Part shown: in pieces, positions 21,193-31,336 of the stretch
Layout of the letters: each line of letters begins with the position of its first letter
Numbering within the stretch: position 1 is the stretch's first letter
Source: Acidobacteriota bacterium
GTDB taxonomy: Bacteria; Acidobacteriota; Thermoanaerobaculia; Gp7-AA8
Direction: 5' to 3'
Length of the DNA: 64,000 nt
NCBI GenBank assembly: GCA_019244185.1
Contig: JAFATB010000020.1
Span: 32,001 to 96,000, forward strand
Translations under genes and position numbers: made by a program
Notes under the pieces: model-generated
Told to the model about the DNA's origin: nothing
The model's database searches: none
What the model saw: the letters and a program-made list of their open reading frames with translations, nothing else

Positions 21193-22159
21193 GACGACTT
21201 ACCTCGACGCCATTCGCACCGCGATGATCGAGGAGATGGCGCGCGACGAGCGCGTGTTCCTCATCGGCGAAGACGTCGGCGCCTACGGCGGCGCGTTCAA
21301 GACCAGCGCCGGGATCCTCGACCAGTTCGGACCGGGACGCGTGATCGACACGCCGATCTCCGAGGTGGCCATCGTCGGCGCGGCGTCGGGCGCGGCGCTG
21401 ATGGGCATGCGCCCGATCGCGGAGATGCAGTTCATCGACTTCATCACCGTCGCGTACGACATGCTCGTCAACTTCACGGCGACGTCGCGTTACCGCGTCG
21501 GCAGCGCGTGCCCGCTCGTCGTGCGCGGACCCGCGGGCGGCGGCGTGCACGGCGGCCCGTTCCACTCGCTGAATCCCGAGGCGATGTTCATGAACCGGCC
21601 CGGCCTCAAGATCGTCGCGCCGGGCACGGCGTACGACGCGAAGGGGCTCATGAAGGCCGCGATCCGCGACGACGATCCAGTCATCTACATCGAGCACAAG
21701 TACCTCTACCGCCGCATCAAGGAAACGCTGCCGGAAGACGACTACATCGTGCCGATCGGCAAGGCCAACCGGCGTCGCGCGGGCAAAGACCTCACGATCG
21801 TGACGTGGGGCGCGATGATCTATCTCGCCGATGAAGTGGCAGACGAGCTGGCGAAGGATTTCATCTCGACGGAGATCCTCGACCTGCGCTCGATCCTGCC
21901 GTTCGACGAGGAGGCGATCCTCGAGTCGGTGGCGAAGACGAACCGCGTACTGATCCTGCACGAGGCGCCGCTCACCGGCGGCGCGGGCGCGGAGTTCGCC
22001 GCCCGCATCGCGGAGAAGGCGTTCGACTATCTCGACGCGCCGATCAAGCGCGTGGGCGCGCTTGACGTCCCGACGCCGTACTCGCCCCCGCTCGAAGCCG
22101 CCGCACTGCCGGACAAGACGCGCGTGCTCGCCGCGGCGCGCGAGCTGCTCGCGTACTGA
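21185..22159 (+). CDS. pdhB: 2-oxoacid dehydrogenase E1 beta
   Basis: GEDVGAYGGAF, DTPISE, EMQFIDF, GPFHS, EHKYLY, LDAPIKRV. Confidence 0.9.
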   Translation: MPETTYLDAIRTAMIEEMARDERVFLIGEDVGAYGGAFKTSAGILDQFGPGRVIDTPISEVAIVGAASGAALMGMRPIAEMQFIDFITVAYDMLVNFTATSRYRVGSACPLVVRGPAGGGVHGGPFHSLNPEAMFMNRPGLKIVAPGTAYDAKGLMKAAIRDDDPVIYIEHKYLYRRIKETLPEDDYIVPIGKANRRRAGKDLTIVTWGAMIYLADEVADELAKDFISTEILDLRSILPFDEEAILESVAKTNRVLILHEAPLTGGAGAEFAARIAEKAFDYLDAPIKRVGALDVPTPYSPPLEAAALPDKTRVLAAARELLAY

Positions 22160-22200
22160 GGGGGGGTCTAGGTCTGCCTGGATCGCGCGAGCCACGGCGG

Positions 22201-22770
22201 CTACGCAGCGTGCTTCGCACATCCGCTGAAGCGCGTCGGCGGCGAAAGCGCCCGCCGATCGCGTTCGCCAACGTCTGCGCGTTGATCGCGAAAGCAGAGG
22301 ATGTCGAGCCTTCCGTCGCGCGCGGTCACCGACGCGACGTGACGCAACCAGATGATTCGATTGGAATTCGCGTTGCGATGCAGGCGTGGCACGCGAATAC
22401 AAATGCCGAAGACCGATCCAATCGTCACCGTCCGAGCGCCGTCGCCCACGCGTACCGCAGTCACATTCGCTGACAGAGGAAGCCTGAAAGCGAAGCTGCC
22501 GGAATAACCGCCCGGCTTGTCCTTGGGTTGTATTGCGGATCCATATACGCGCACCAAAACTTCGTCGCCATCTTGAATATGGGTAATGCGCGTAATCTTT
22601 CCTCCACCATTTCTTAGCGTGCCAGACACTAGTAGGCTCCGACCATTTTGCGGGACGGCGTGAAGGTCCACCAAACTGCTGGCTGGGTACACGTAAGTAC
22701 GCCGAAAACCGACGAGTATGATTATCAACCCCGCGCCTAACACCGGCACAATGTATTTCATGGTCTTCAA
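22201..22770 (-). CDS. Candidate immunity protein for the RHS toxin (N-terminal hydrophobic anchor)
   Basis: Start overlaps RHS stop by 4 nt; shares the lower-GC composition of the toxin tip; C-terminal ~45 aa may be non-genuine extension. Confidence 0.6.
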   Translation of the reverse strand: MKTMKYIVPVLGAGLIIILVGFRRTYVYPASSLVDLHAVPQNGRSLLVSGTLRNGGGKITRITHIQDGDEVLVRVYGSAIQPKDKPGGYSGSFAFRLPLSANVTAVRVGDGARTVTIGSVFGICIRVPRLHRNANSNRIIWLRHVASVTARDGRLDILCFRDQRADVGERDRRALSPPTRFSGCAKHAA

Positions 22771-25700
22771 TTGCGGCTCCTCCAGCGTACAACGCGTGCG
22801 CCTAATCCGCGATTCGCAGCTCGGAGATGTCTCGCCAGTGTCGCCGGATTATGATAAACATCGCCGGGGTCGAAATCCGTATATCGTTCGCCGGTGGCCG
22901 CAGCCCACGCATCAGCAGCGAAGCCGCTACACGGATGGGTCGCCTGCCAAGCACCCGTACCGAGTGCCCGGTATCGTTCGACTGTCTTGCGGAGGGCGGC
23001 CTCCTGTTGGTCGTCGATCCACATGGTTCGACTGACCACATCGTACTCGCCTGTTCGCTCAAAATAGTCGCTCCGATGATCCAGTTCCCAATTTTCGTTC
23101 AGTCCCCGCGACGCCTTTACTCCGAAGCCAAACGTCCCCCACGATGTGGCCTCACCGTCGTCCGACTGATAGACGATGAACGCGTGGCCATCCCACACAG
23201 GAGCAGAATTGCCGGCGTTTGCTTCGCTGTAAATCGTGACATAACCCGACAAGCCATCCGGATCCGACGCATTGACGGCGTTCGCGTGGCTGTACCGGTA
23301 AAGATTCCTATCGCCACCGCCGAAGCCGGTCGGATCCGCCTGCGTATACCGCCCCCACCCCGCCCTGTACCACCGGAAGATGTTGTAGTTCGTGTCGCTA
23401 CGCGAGGCTGTTTGTTCCTGACCGGGGAACCGCAGGATCTGATCCGAGGTAGTGCCGGTGCGTTGTTTGTAGACGGCGCCGAACGGCTCGTACTCCGCGC
23501 GCCAGACGACGCTGGCGTCGGCGTCGGTCTGGAGAATGGGAGTACCGAGGTGGTCGGTGAAGGTGTAGAGGACGTCGCCGGCGGGTGAGACCTGGGCGAC
23601 CGGCTGGTCGTCGAACCAGACGTAGTCGGCGCTCAGGTCGGTGCAGCCGTGCAGGCCGCAGTTCTGGTCGGGTGCGTTGCGCGCCAGAAGGTGCAGTTCG
23701 GGTGAGTACACGAAGGTGCTCGTCGACGACGATTGGCTGGCGTGGAATGTCTCCGTGATACGCACGCCGCGGCCGTCATATTGGTATGTGGTGCCGCTGC
23801 TCAGCGAACCGACGGATTGCAGGAGGTTTCGCGCGCTGTAGCTGCCGGACGAGGTCTCGTTGCCGGCGCTGTCGTACGTCACGGTCGCAGGCGCGGTTCC
23901 GCTGACGGACTGCAGCTTCGGCGTCGTTCCAGAGTAACTGAACGTCAGCGAGCGGGTGCCGAGGGTGAGCGTCTGCATGTTGCCCATCGCATCGTACGTG
24001 TAGCTGCCGGTGCCCCAGAGCGACGCGCCGCCCGTCGCGGTGACGAGGCGGTGGAGATCGTCGTAGGCGAAGTCCCGATTGTACGCCGCGCTGGTGGCGT
24101 CGTGGATCTGCGTGATGTCGCCGGCATCGCTGGTCGCATACGTATAGTGCGCGATCGTGCCGTTCGGTCCGACGAGTTGGTTGTCGGACGGCAGGTAGCG
24201 GCTGGTGTAGGTCGTCGTCTTCGTGGCACCGTTGCCGAAAGCGAGTTGCGTCGCCGGGCCGAACGGCAGATATGACGCCGCCGTGACGACCGGCGTTCCG
24301 GACGCCGTGACACTCGAAGGGCGGCCGGCGAAGTCGTAGGTATAGGTCACATCGAGCGTGGACGGATAATAGATGTGATTGCGGTTGCCATCGAGGTCAT
24401 AGCGGTAGCCCACGGACGATCCGTTTCCGTCGATGGTCGTCAGGAGAAGGCCGCGGCGGTCGTAACAATACGCCGACTCGCCGACGGGATCGTTCATCGT
24501 GGTGAGCCGGCCGACGCCGTAGCCTCCCCCGCACGCATCGCCATCGTATTCGTAGGTCACGGTCTCCGTATCAGCGCCGGAGCGCGCCGACTCTGCTTCG
24601 GTGAGGCGCCCAACGGCATCGTACGTGCGCGTGGTCGTAGCACCGTTGGCGTCCGTCATGGACGTCAGATCACCGCCAGCGTCATAGACGTAGGTCGTGG
24701 TGCCGGTGACGGGGCTGACCTGCCGCAGAAGCTGACCGAAATCGTCGAACGTGTACGTGGTGATGTTGCCGTTCGGATCCGTGACCTGCGAGACATTGCC
24801 GGCAACGTCAGATGCGTATTGCGTGACGACGGAGCCCGAGGTCGAAGACGAGAGCGTCTGCGTCACCGACCGCACGCGACCGGCCGGATCGTACGCATAT
24901 TGCGTGTTCGGTGTGCTGTGGTTCTCGTCCTGAATCGTGGCGATGCGGTCGGACGGATCGTACGTGTACGAGACGAAGGTGTTATCGGCGTTCACCGCGT
25001 GTGCGATGCGGGACAAAGTATCGTACGTCCACGATGTGCGGTGCTTCTCTGCCCACGCATTATTTTCACGCGCGAGCGCACGCTGCTGGCTCGGTTTGCC
25101 GGTGGCCGCGTCGTAGTCGTACTCGAGACGCTCGCGCAGGTCATTGAGCGCCGGCCCACGCGAGATCGCGCTGATTCGGCCGCGGTCGTCGTACTCGTAC
25201 GCCGTCGCCGCGCCCGTCGGTTTCGTGACGCTCGCGAGCGCGGCAGCGCCGTTGTACGTCCACGTCGTGGTGAGATTGGTCGCGCACAGCGGATCGTACA
25301 CGGTGTCGCAGCCGTGGCCGCCCTGGATCGTTTGCGTCAGCACGCGGCCCAGATCATCCGTCGCCGTTACGGTGACGACCTCGTTCGGATCGACGATGCG
25401 TGTCGCGTTGCCAAACGCGTCGTAGGTCTCGAACCGGGTCACGTGACCGGCGGCATCGCGCGTGGCGGCGAGGCGTCCGCGCGCAAAGGCAGGGACCGTG
25501 CTCTCGTTCGGGTAATAGACGTACTCCGTTACGTCCGCGACATCCGTTCTCGGGCCGTCGACGGACCTCGGCAGATGCGGCTGCGGCGACGCCGTCCACG
25601 TGAAGGCCCCACCCGGCTCGAACGCCGCGCCCTCGGTGCCGTCGTACATCGCGGTCGTGGTCGTACGCGTCGTCTGCTGCTGCGTCACTGAACCCGTCCA

Positions 25701-28700
25701 GCCGGTCACCGTGCTGACCAGCAACTCGCCCGATACAAGGTCATACGTCCGCTGTTCGGTCGTCGTTCCACCCGAATGGAGCGCGCTCGTCGTCGTGATC
25801 GTCGTCGGCTTGTCCGGCCAATGCGAATCGGCGTACGCAAACGTGGTGGTCACAGCGGCGCTGGTGCTGGTCAGTGTGACTGTCGCCAGTGAGGCGGACG
25901 TCTGGCGGCAATGATCGCTCACCGTCGACGGATCGCAGGCCGCCGGCCGCAGATACGTCTCTGTTGCCGTCAGTTGCGTCGGCGAATAGCTGTAGAGCGA
26001 GATGTAGCCGTCGGAGTTCTGCCGCCGCAGGACGCGGCCTCCGCCGTCATAGGCAACGACTTCGTCCTTCCCACAACTGCTGCAGCCGCCGTCATGACTC
26101 GTCGGCCGGTATGCGCCGCCGATCGGTTCCAGCTTCGCGTCCATGACCGCGCCGGCGCTGGTCGTAACTCTCGTCATGGTCGTGCCATCCGGTGCACTGA
26201 GGTCGTACTGGACGTTCGCGATCTCGTCCGAGGGACCGGACGAGCTCGTGGCGCGGCCGGTCGCGTCGTATTGATGCGATTCGATCAGTTTCCCCGCACC
26301 GTCGCGGATCTCCGTGATGCCGCTGCTGCCGTACACGTACGTCCGCCAGGTTCCTTCGGGACTGGTGACCTGCGTCAGTGCGCCGTTGGTGTACGCGTAT
26401 GTCCAGGTGAATCCCGCTGTCGCAATGGACGTGACGCTGCCGCTGGTGAGCGTCATGTCCCATACGACGCCGCTCCACGAGTCCGTGGCGGTGAGGCGCG
26501 TCAGTACGCCGTTCGTATAGAAGCGCTGCACGCTCGTACGGCGACCGGTGCCGACGTCGCGCAATCCACCGAAGAGACCATCAGTATTGAAGATCGTCTC
26601 GATTGTACCGCCGGGCGGGCGGTAGACGTATCCGCCAGCAGTCGCGTCGAACCGAAGCGTCCCCTTCGCGCCGGACGAGGTGGGCCACACTTGGACGCCG
26701 TCCGGGCCGAAGGCGATCTGCTGGTTATTAGCCGTCGTGAACTGCACGATCTCCGGCGCTTCCTCGGTGCTCCCCTCGACGTTCAGCTTCTGATCGAACA
26801 TCGTCATCCAGCCGGGACCGAAGATGCCGCCCTGTCCTTCGCCGCTGTCGAACGTGCGCTCGAGCGCGCCGCCCATCAGCGGCGGCAGCGGATCGACTTC
26901 GGCATAGCGCATGTTGCCGTCCGCCACGAATACCGGATCGCCGACTGTCCCATTGCAGACATTGCATTCCGTCGCCGCGTAGCCGCGCTGGAAACTCTCG
27001 CAGCCATGCGTCGGGTCGCTGTAGCGGGCCTCCGCGATCAGCGGGATCTGACGTGCGCTCGACGGCACCGTGAAGTCGCTCACCACGAAGGGACCGCTCG
27101 TGATCAGCGCCGGGTCATCGCCCGCCCACTCGTGAACGACCGTGCTCGGGAACGACCGCCCCATCGCGTCCGTCCACGCGGCGGTCCTCAAGACGAGCCG
27201 CCGCCCGGTCGCCTGCTCGGGAAAGTTGTAGCTCACGACCACGCTGATGAGATTTCGGCGGACCTTCTTGCTCGTAATGACAGGGTCGCTGTGGGGCAGC
27301 GGCGTGCACGCAGAGCAGCTTCCCACCGACTCGTCGTTGCTGTTGCAATAGTCTTTGAGGCTGAGCGTCATGCACGCTTCGGTGAGCGTCACGTTTTCGA
27401 ATGCCACGGCGTGCGCCGGAGCCGTGATCGTAACGATCAAAGGATCACCCTCGTTCTCGACGGGCAACGACGAGACAGGCTCGGCGTCAGAAGGAGTAGT
27501 ACACGAGGGCGCTGTCCAGTCGAATCGCATCAGGCCGGCCGCGGAGAAGTCTCCGTTATCGGGCGTAGTTAGCGCATAAAGCCCTGTAGAAAAATCTCCG
27601 ACCGCGTTGACGTAGGGTAAGAGCCCGGCAAATGCTATGGATCCGACTGCGCCGTCCGGGGCGACGACTCGCAAATGATCTTCCACTTGCCCCGGATCGG
27701 CATACATGCTTCCGTCATCGCTGAACGCCGTAACGTCAGAAGAATCTGGAAGGACAATACTCCACAGGCTTTGCCCGGAGGCGTCGAGCCGTGTCGCAGG
27801 CGGCCACAGTGATGTCGTGCCGTCGTCGTTGAAATGCATGCGTGTGGCGGTGTTCGTGGTGGATGGTTCCAACGCCCATTGCACCGAGCCAGCGTTGACC
27901 CGGGCCACGAACGCATGGCTCGCATACTCATTATTGATGATGTGTTGTGCGAACGTGCCGGACATCAAGTACCCACCCGGTGCGGGTGCCACCGCGTGAA
28001 GGTAGGAAACGGGCGACGGCTCGTCACCGCCGGAAACCATCGCGGCGAAGGAAGTGGTGGACACAATTTGGCCGGCGTCGCTGATTTCGGCGAGTACCGC
28101 GCCCGTGAGCCGGTCGGCATCAACCACCGAGCCGACGATCACCAGCCACCGGTCCGGCGTGACGCGTGCCAGATACTGAGCGGTCGTACGGTTGTCCTCC
28201 GCGCCTGCGTCAACCGTTTTCGCCCACAGGACATCGCCATCGGGCGCTACACGGAACAGAACGGATTGAATTCGCGCGTCCGGCTCATTGGCGGACGTAT
28301 GCGCAAGCACGATCGCACCGCCGTCGTCCGTCGGAGACAACGCGTCGCCCCGCAGGCAGGGAGCCAGCGAATACCGGTGCCGCGCAACTGCGCCGCCGGT
28401 GCCATCGACTGTCCACAATTCGACAGCCTCGCCGTTCGCCCAGTAACACTCGAGTCTATTGGAGTCGGACTGCGGCGCATGCCGCGCAAGCGCGCCACGC
28501 CGGCTGGTCAGGCGATTGCCTGCACCCTGCTGCGAACTACCCGCCGCAACGTCGAAGAGAAAGAGCGCACCACCGTTTGCAGAATCGACGGCCGCCACGG
28601 GATCAAGGTCGCCGCCGTCCGCAGGCGGGTCGAAGGTTTGGACCCAGGTATTCGTTCCTGCGCTTTGGACATGGTATGGCATCCTGAATGCCATACGCGA

Positions 28701-28799
28701 AAGCGCCGCGCTGTCGTTTACGGTGCCAGCACGCACAGTGCTTCCCGCGCCTGCAGCGAGGATAAAAATCGCAGCGACCTTCAGCGTTCGCATTCGCAT
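22767..28799 (-). CDS. RHS/YD-repeat polymorphic toxin with Sec signal peptide and C-terminal toxin domain
   Basis: AAAGGA RBS before ATG 28799; signal peptide; VGDPVFVADGN (DUF6531-like); many YD repeats; core end DHLGTP..RFPGQ..YNIFRWY...GRYTQADPTG..NLYRY....DPDGL. Confidence 0.93.
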   Translation of the reverse strand: MRMRTLKVAAIFILAAGAGSTVRAGTVNDSAALSRMAFRMPYHVQSAGTNTWVQTFDPPADGGDLDPVAAVDSANGGALFLFDVAAGSSQQGAGNRLTSRRGALARHAPQSDSNRLECYWANGEAVELWTVDGTGGAVARHRYSLAPCLRGDALSPTDDGGAIVLAHTSANEPDARIQSVLFRVAPDGDVLWAKTVDAGAEDNRTTAQYLARVTPDRWLVIVGSVVDADRLTGAVLAEISDAGQIVSTTSFAAMVSGGDEPSPVSYLHAVAPAPGGYLMSGTFAQHIINNEYASHAFVARVNAGSVQWALEPSTTNTATRMHFNDDGTTSLWPPATRLDASGQSLWSIVLPDSSDVTAFSDDGSMYADPGQVEDHLRVVAPDGAVGSIAFAGLLPYVNAVGDFSTGLYALTTPDNGDFSAAGLMRFDWTAPSCTTPSDAEPVSSLPVENEGDPLIVTITAPAHAVAFENVTLTEACMTLSLKDYCNSNDESVGSCSACTPLPHSDPVITSKKVRRNLISVVVSYNFPEQATGRRLVLRTAAWTDAMGRSFPSTVVHEWAGDDPALITSGPFVVSDFTVPSSARQIPLIAEARYSDPTHGCESFQRGYAATECNVCNGTVGDPVFVADGNMRYAEVDPLPPLMGGALERTFDSGEGQGGIFGPGWMTMFDQKLNVEGSTEEAPEIVQFTTANNQQIAFGPDGVQVWPTSSGAKGTLRFDATAGGYVYRPPGGTIETIFNTDGLFGGLRDVGTGRRTSVQRFYTNGVLTRLTATDSWSGVVWDMTLTSGSVTSIATAGFTWTYAYTNGALTQVTSPEGTWRTYVYGSSGITEIRDGAGKLIESHQYDATGRATSSSGPSDEIANVQYDLSAPDGTTMTRVTTSAGAVMDAKLEPIGGAYRPTSHDGGCSSCGKDEVVAYDGGGRVLRRQNSDGYISLYSYSPTQLTATETYLRPAACDPSTVSDHCRQTSASLATVTLTSTSAAVTTTFAYADSHWPDKPTTITTTSALHSGGTTTEQRTYDLVSGELLVSTVTGWTGSVTQQQTTRTTTTAMYDGTEGAAFEPGGAFTWTASPQPHLPRSVDGPRTDVADVTEYVYYPNESTVPAFARGRLAATRDAAGHVTRFETYDAFGNATRIVDPNEVVTVTATDDLGRVLTQTIQGGHGCDTVYDPLCATNLTTTWTYNGAAALASVTKPTGAATAYEYDDRGRISAISRGPALNDLRERLEYDYDAATGKPSQQRALARENNAWAEKHRTSWTYDTLSRIAHAVNADNTFVSYTYDPSDRIATIQDENHSTPNTQYAYDPAGRVRSVTQTLSSSTSGSVVTQYASDVAGNVSQVTDPNGNITTYTFDDFGQLLRQVSPVTGTTTYVYDAGGDLTSMTDANGATTTRTYDAVGRLTEAESARSGADTETVTYEYDGDACGGGYGVGRLTTMNDPVGESAYCYDRRGLLLTTIDGNGSSVGYRYDLDGNRNHIYYPSTLDVTYTYDFAGRPSSVTASGTPVVTAASYLPFGPATQLAFGNGATKTTTYTSRYLPSDNQLVGPNGTIAHYTYATSDAGDITQIHDATSAAYNRDFAYDDLHRLVTATGGASLWGTGSYTYDAMGNMQTLTLGTRSLTFSYSGTTPKLQSVSGTAPATVTYDSAGNETSSGSYSARNLLQSVGSLSSGTTYQYDGRGVRITETFHASQSSSTSTFVYSPELHLLARNAPDQNCGLHGCTDLSADYVWFDDQPVAQVSPAGDVLYTFTDHLGTPILQTDADASVVWRAEYEPFGAVYKQRTGTTSDQILRFPGQEQTASRSDTNYNIFRWYRAGWGRYTQADPTGFGGGDRNLYRYSHANAVNASDPDGLSGYVTIYSEANAGNSAPVWDGHAFIVYQSDDGEATSWGTFGFGVKASRGLNENWELDHRSDYFERTGEYDVVSRTMWIDDQQEAALRKTVERYRALGTGAWQATHPCSGFAADAWAAATGERYTDFDPGDVYHNPATLARHLRAANRGLGARVVRWRSRN

Positions 28800-28938
28800 G
28801 GTGAGTTTCCTTTTCATCGAACAAAATCGACGGCACGAATCTGTTACTCCCGATACGCTTCGCGTCGTCGTGATGCGGCGTGCTCTCGCTCTTTTGGCTG
28901 TAGGCGGTCGCATCGACCGACAGCGTACGCGAACCGCG

Positions 28939-28954
28939 CGAACATAAATGTTCG
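28939..28954. promoter_or_regulatory. Palindromic candidate operator CGAACAT-AA-ATGTTCG in the divergent RHS/sigma intergenic region
   Basis: Perfect 7-bp inverted repeat 26 nt upstream of the sigma gene ATG. Confidence 0.45.
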
Positions 28955-28980
28955 TTCGATGTGGATGACAATAGGTAGGG

Positions 28981-29907
28981 ATGGACCGCTTTCGCGACAC
29001 TCCTCCGGTGGTGAAGCGGGACGAGCAGACATGGTCGCGCCTGGGCGCGTTCTTCCGTGATCTACACCTGAGCCCTGCGGACGTTGCGCGGCGCACGCGG
29101 CGAATCGCGAGTCTGCTGCGCGTCGAACCGCTGAGCGCCGGGCATGTCCGGCGGCTCTTCCGCAGCACGGAGGGCGCACGTACGCAGACGATCCGGCTCC
29201 TGGTGGCCGTCGCCCGCAGCCTCAGCGGCATCCTGGTGGAAGCGCACGACTTGTTCGACCTGGAACCGCGACTGGCCGCCGTCGCGCGAGCGGCCATCGC
29301 CGGCGATGGCCATCTGCCTGATAGCTGGAGGCCGCGCCTTTCGGTATTCTCGCCACCGTCGGCGGTTCGTCTTGGGAGAATGCCTTTGACATCGGACGGC
29401 GAGCATCGCTCCGCTGCGGAAACCCTCGAGGTGATGTATCGCGAACACGCGGGACTTCTGCGCGCGACGGCACGCGTTCGCTACCGTATCCCAGCCGAGG
29501 ACATCGATGCGCTGGTGAACGACGTCTTCGCCTCGCTGTTGGAACGCCGCCCACGTATCCACGACGCACGCGCGTTTCTCCTCGGCGCGATTGGCAATAG
29601 CTGCCGCCACTACTGGCGTAAGCGACGGCACGAGTCGCCGCTACTCCCAGAACATGAAGAGGCGAGCGACCCAGCGGCGGCGGATCGCATCGAACAATGG
29701 ACCAGACATTCGGAAGTAGGAGCGATCCTCGCGCGAGTCGGACCGAAGTGCCGCGACATCATGCGGCGGCACTACCTCGAGGGGGAGCTGGGACCCATCC
29801 TCGCTAAACGGCTCGGCACGACCCCCGGTTACGTCAAACAGCTGCTCCACGGCTGCCTGAAACGTGCGCGCGAGGTCTACAGCAGGCTAAAGGAACCACG
29901 TGTATGA
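28981..29907 (+). CDS. ECF-type sigma-70 factor with N-terminal XRE-like HTH extension
   Basis: Region 2-like MYREHAGLLRATARVRYRIPAEDIDALVNDVF...NSCRHYWRK; region 4-like VGPKCRDIMRRHYLEG..ILAKRLGTTPGYVKQLLHGC; N-terminal SPADVARR..LSAGHVRRL..DLFDL. Confidence 0.8.
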   Translation: MDRFRDTPPVVKRDEQTWSRLGAFFRDLHLSPADVARRTRRIASLLRVEPLSAGHVRRLFRSTEGARTQTIRLLVAVARSLSGILVEAHDLFDLEPRLAAVARAAIAGDGHLPDSWRPRLSVFSPPSAVRLGRMPLTSDGEHRSAAETLEVMYREHAGLLRATARVRYRIPAEDIDALVNDVFASLLERRPRIHDARAFLLGAIGNSCRHYWRKRRHESPLLPEHEEASDPAAADRIEQWTRHSEVGAILARVGPKCRDIMRRHYLEGELGPILAKRLGTTPGYVKQLLHGCLKRAREVYSRLKEPRV

Positions 29908-31265
29908 CGCATTACACCGACGACCAGTGGCTGGATTTCGCCGACGAATTCGTCGCCGCAGCGGACAGACCGCACATGGAACAGCATCTCGCGACGTGCG
30001 GCCAGTGCCGTTCCACGTATGCCCAAGTCGAGGAGTTTCGGTCCTCGCTCCAGCATCCGGACACGTGGCTGGTGTGCGACGCTCTGGTCAACACGGAATC
30101 GGCCCCTCCCGCATGGCTTCAGGAACAAGCCCGCCGCATCGACCGCGACAGGATCGATGCTCAAAAACGACTTGACAGTGCGCTCATCTCTCCGGCAGCG
30201 TTCGCCGTAGCCGCGATCGAGCAGCACGACGAGTACTACACGTCTGGAACAGTGGAACTGCTGACTGCGACTGCGCGAGCCGTGCGGTACCGGCAGCCGC
30301 CTTTCGCAGCGACGCTCTCTGCGGCAGCAACGACGATCGGCACCCGCCTCGCGCGCGATGGCGCGCTACGATCGCACGTCCTCCTGACATACGCGTGGGT
30401 CGAGAGAGCCGCAGCGTTGTTTTTCTGCGGCCGCTATCGCGACGCCGAACACGCTCTCGATTCCGCGCAGGCAACGCTCGACGAACGAAATGATGGCGTC
30501 GCCGTGGACGCAGCAATCATAGGCCTCCTGCGTGCAACCATCTGCTCTGAAACGGAACGACCGCGGGAGGCCGCTGCCTTGGCTGCGGCCGCCGAAAAAC
30601 AATTCGTGGAGTTCGGCGACGAGCGTAATGCCGCGGGTGCCCGCTTGATCCAAGGCACAGTGGCATTCTTCGAGCGCGATTTCGTGACCGCCGCGGCGAT
30701 CTACGAAGAGTTGGTGAGTCGCGCGCGCGCCGGTTCCGACGCCGTCGCGCTCGCGAATGCACTGGGCAGTGCTGCAGGCGCCTACGTGAAGATGTCGCAA
30801 TATGCGAAAGCTGAGGCCTATCTGTTGAAAGTTCTGCCTCTGTGGGACGAACTCGGGTCGATGGTGAATCGGATTCGGGCGGAATGGGTTCTCGGCGTCT
30901 CCTATGCCCATCAGCGCCGGTTCGATGAAGCGATGCCTGTTCTCCGGCGCGCCATTCAGGAACTGGAAGCGATGGGCAGCGCGAACGACGGCGCTGTCGT
31001 GAGGCTGTACCTGGCCGAAGCGCTCTGGTTCGCAGGGCGCAACGATGAGATTCCGCCGGTCGTGGAGGGCGTCGTGGTCAAGCTCGCAGCCGAGGGAATG
31101 AGCCAGCGAGCAAACTACGCGATCGCCTTCCTCCGCGACGCGTTGTCCGTAGGCCGCGCCGACGGCGCATTGATCCAGCACGTACGGGACTACCTGGACG
31201 ATCTGTTATCGCACCGGAACGCCGAATTTCGGCCGCCACAGCCGGCCGGAGAAAAAAACGTCTAA
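29904..31265 (+). CDS. Zinc-binding anti-sigma (zf-HC2/ZAS) domain fused to TPR-like helical array, cytoplasmic
   Basis: ATGA overlap with sigma; H3..HLATCGQC; TPR-like segments (GRYRDAEHALDSA, SQYAKAEAYLLKV, RRFDEAMPVLRRA); no TM segment. Confidence 0.85.
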   Translation: MTHYTDDQWLDFADEFVAAADRPHMEQHLATCGQCRSTYAQVEEFRSSLQHPDTWLVCDALVNTESAPPAWLQEQARRIDRDRIDAQKRLDSALISPAAFAVAAIEQHDEYYTSGTVELLTATARAVRYRQPPFAATLSAAATTIGTRLARDGALRSHVLLTYAWVERAAALFFCGRYRDAEHALDSAQATLDERNDGVAVDAAIIGLLRATICSETERPREAAALAAAAEKQFVEFGDERNAAGARLIQGTVAFFERDFVTAAAIYEELVSRARAGSDAVALANALGSAAGAYVKMSQYAKAEAYLLKVLPLWDELGSMVNRIRAEWVLGVSYAHQRRFDEAMPVLRRAIQELEAMGSANDGAVVRLYLAEALWFAGRNDEIPPVVEGVVVKLAAEGMSQRANYAIAFLRDALSVGRADGALIQHVRDYLDDLLSHRNAEFRPPQPAGEKNV

Positions 31266-31336
31266 CCCTTCTCTCACCGTCGTCACCTTGTCATCAGGAT
31301 CGCGCGCCAACTCCGGCCGTTCCGAAAGAAGGTGCC

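Noticed and set aside
28939-28954. Palindrome as a LexA/SOS box
   Set aside because: Spacing is GAAC-N6-GTTC, not the N4 Cheo box or the GTTC-N7-GTTC direct repeat; kept only as a generic operator
28800-29297. N-terminal extension of the RHS ORF in the track
   Set aside because: Overlaps the divergent sigma gene; RBS and signal peptide support a start at 28799
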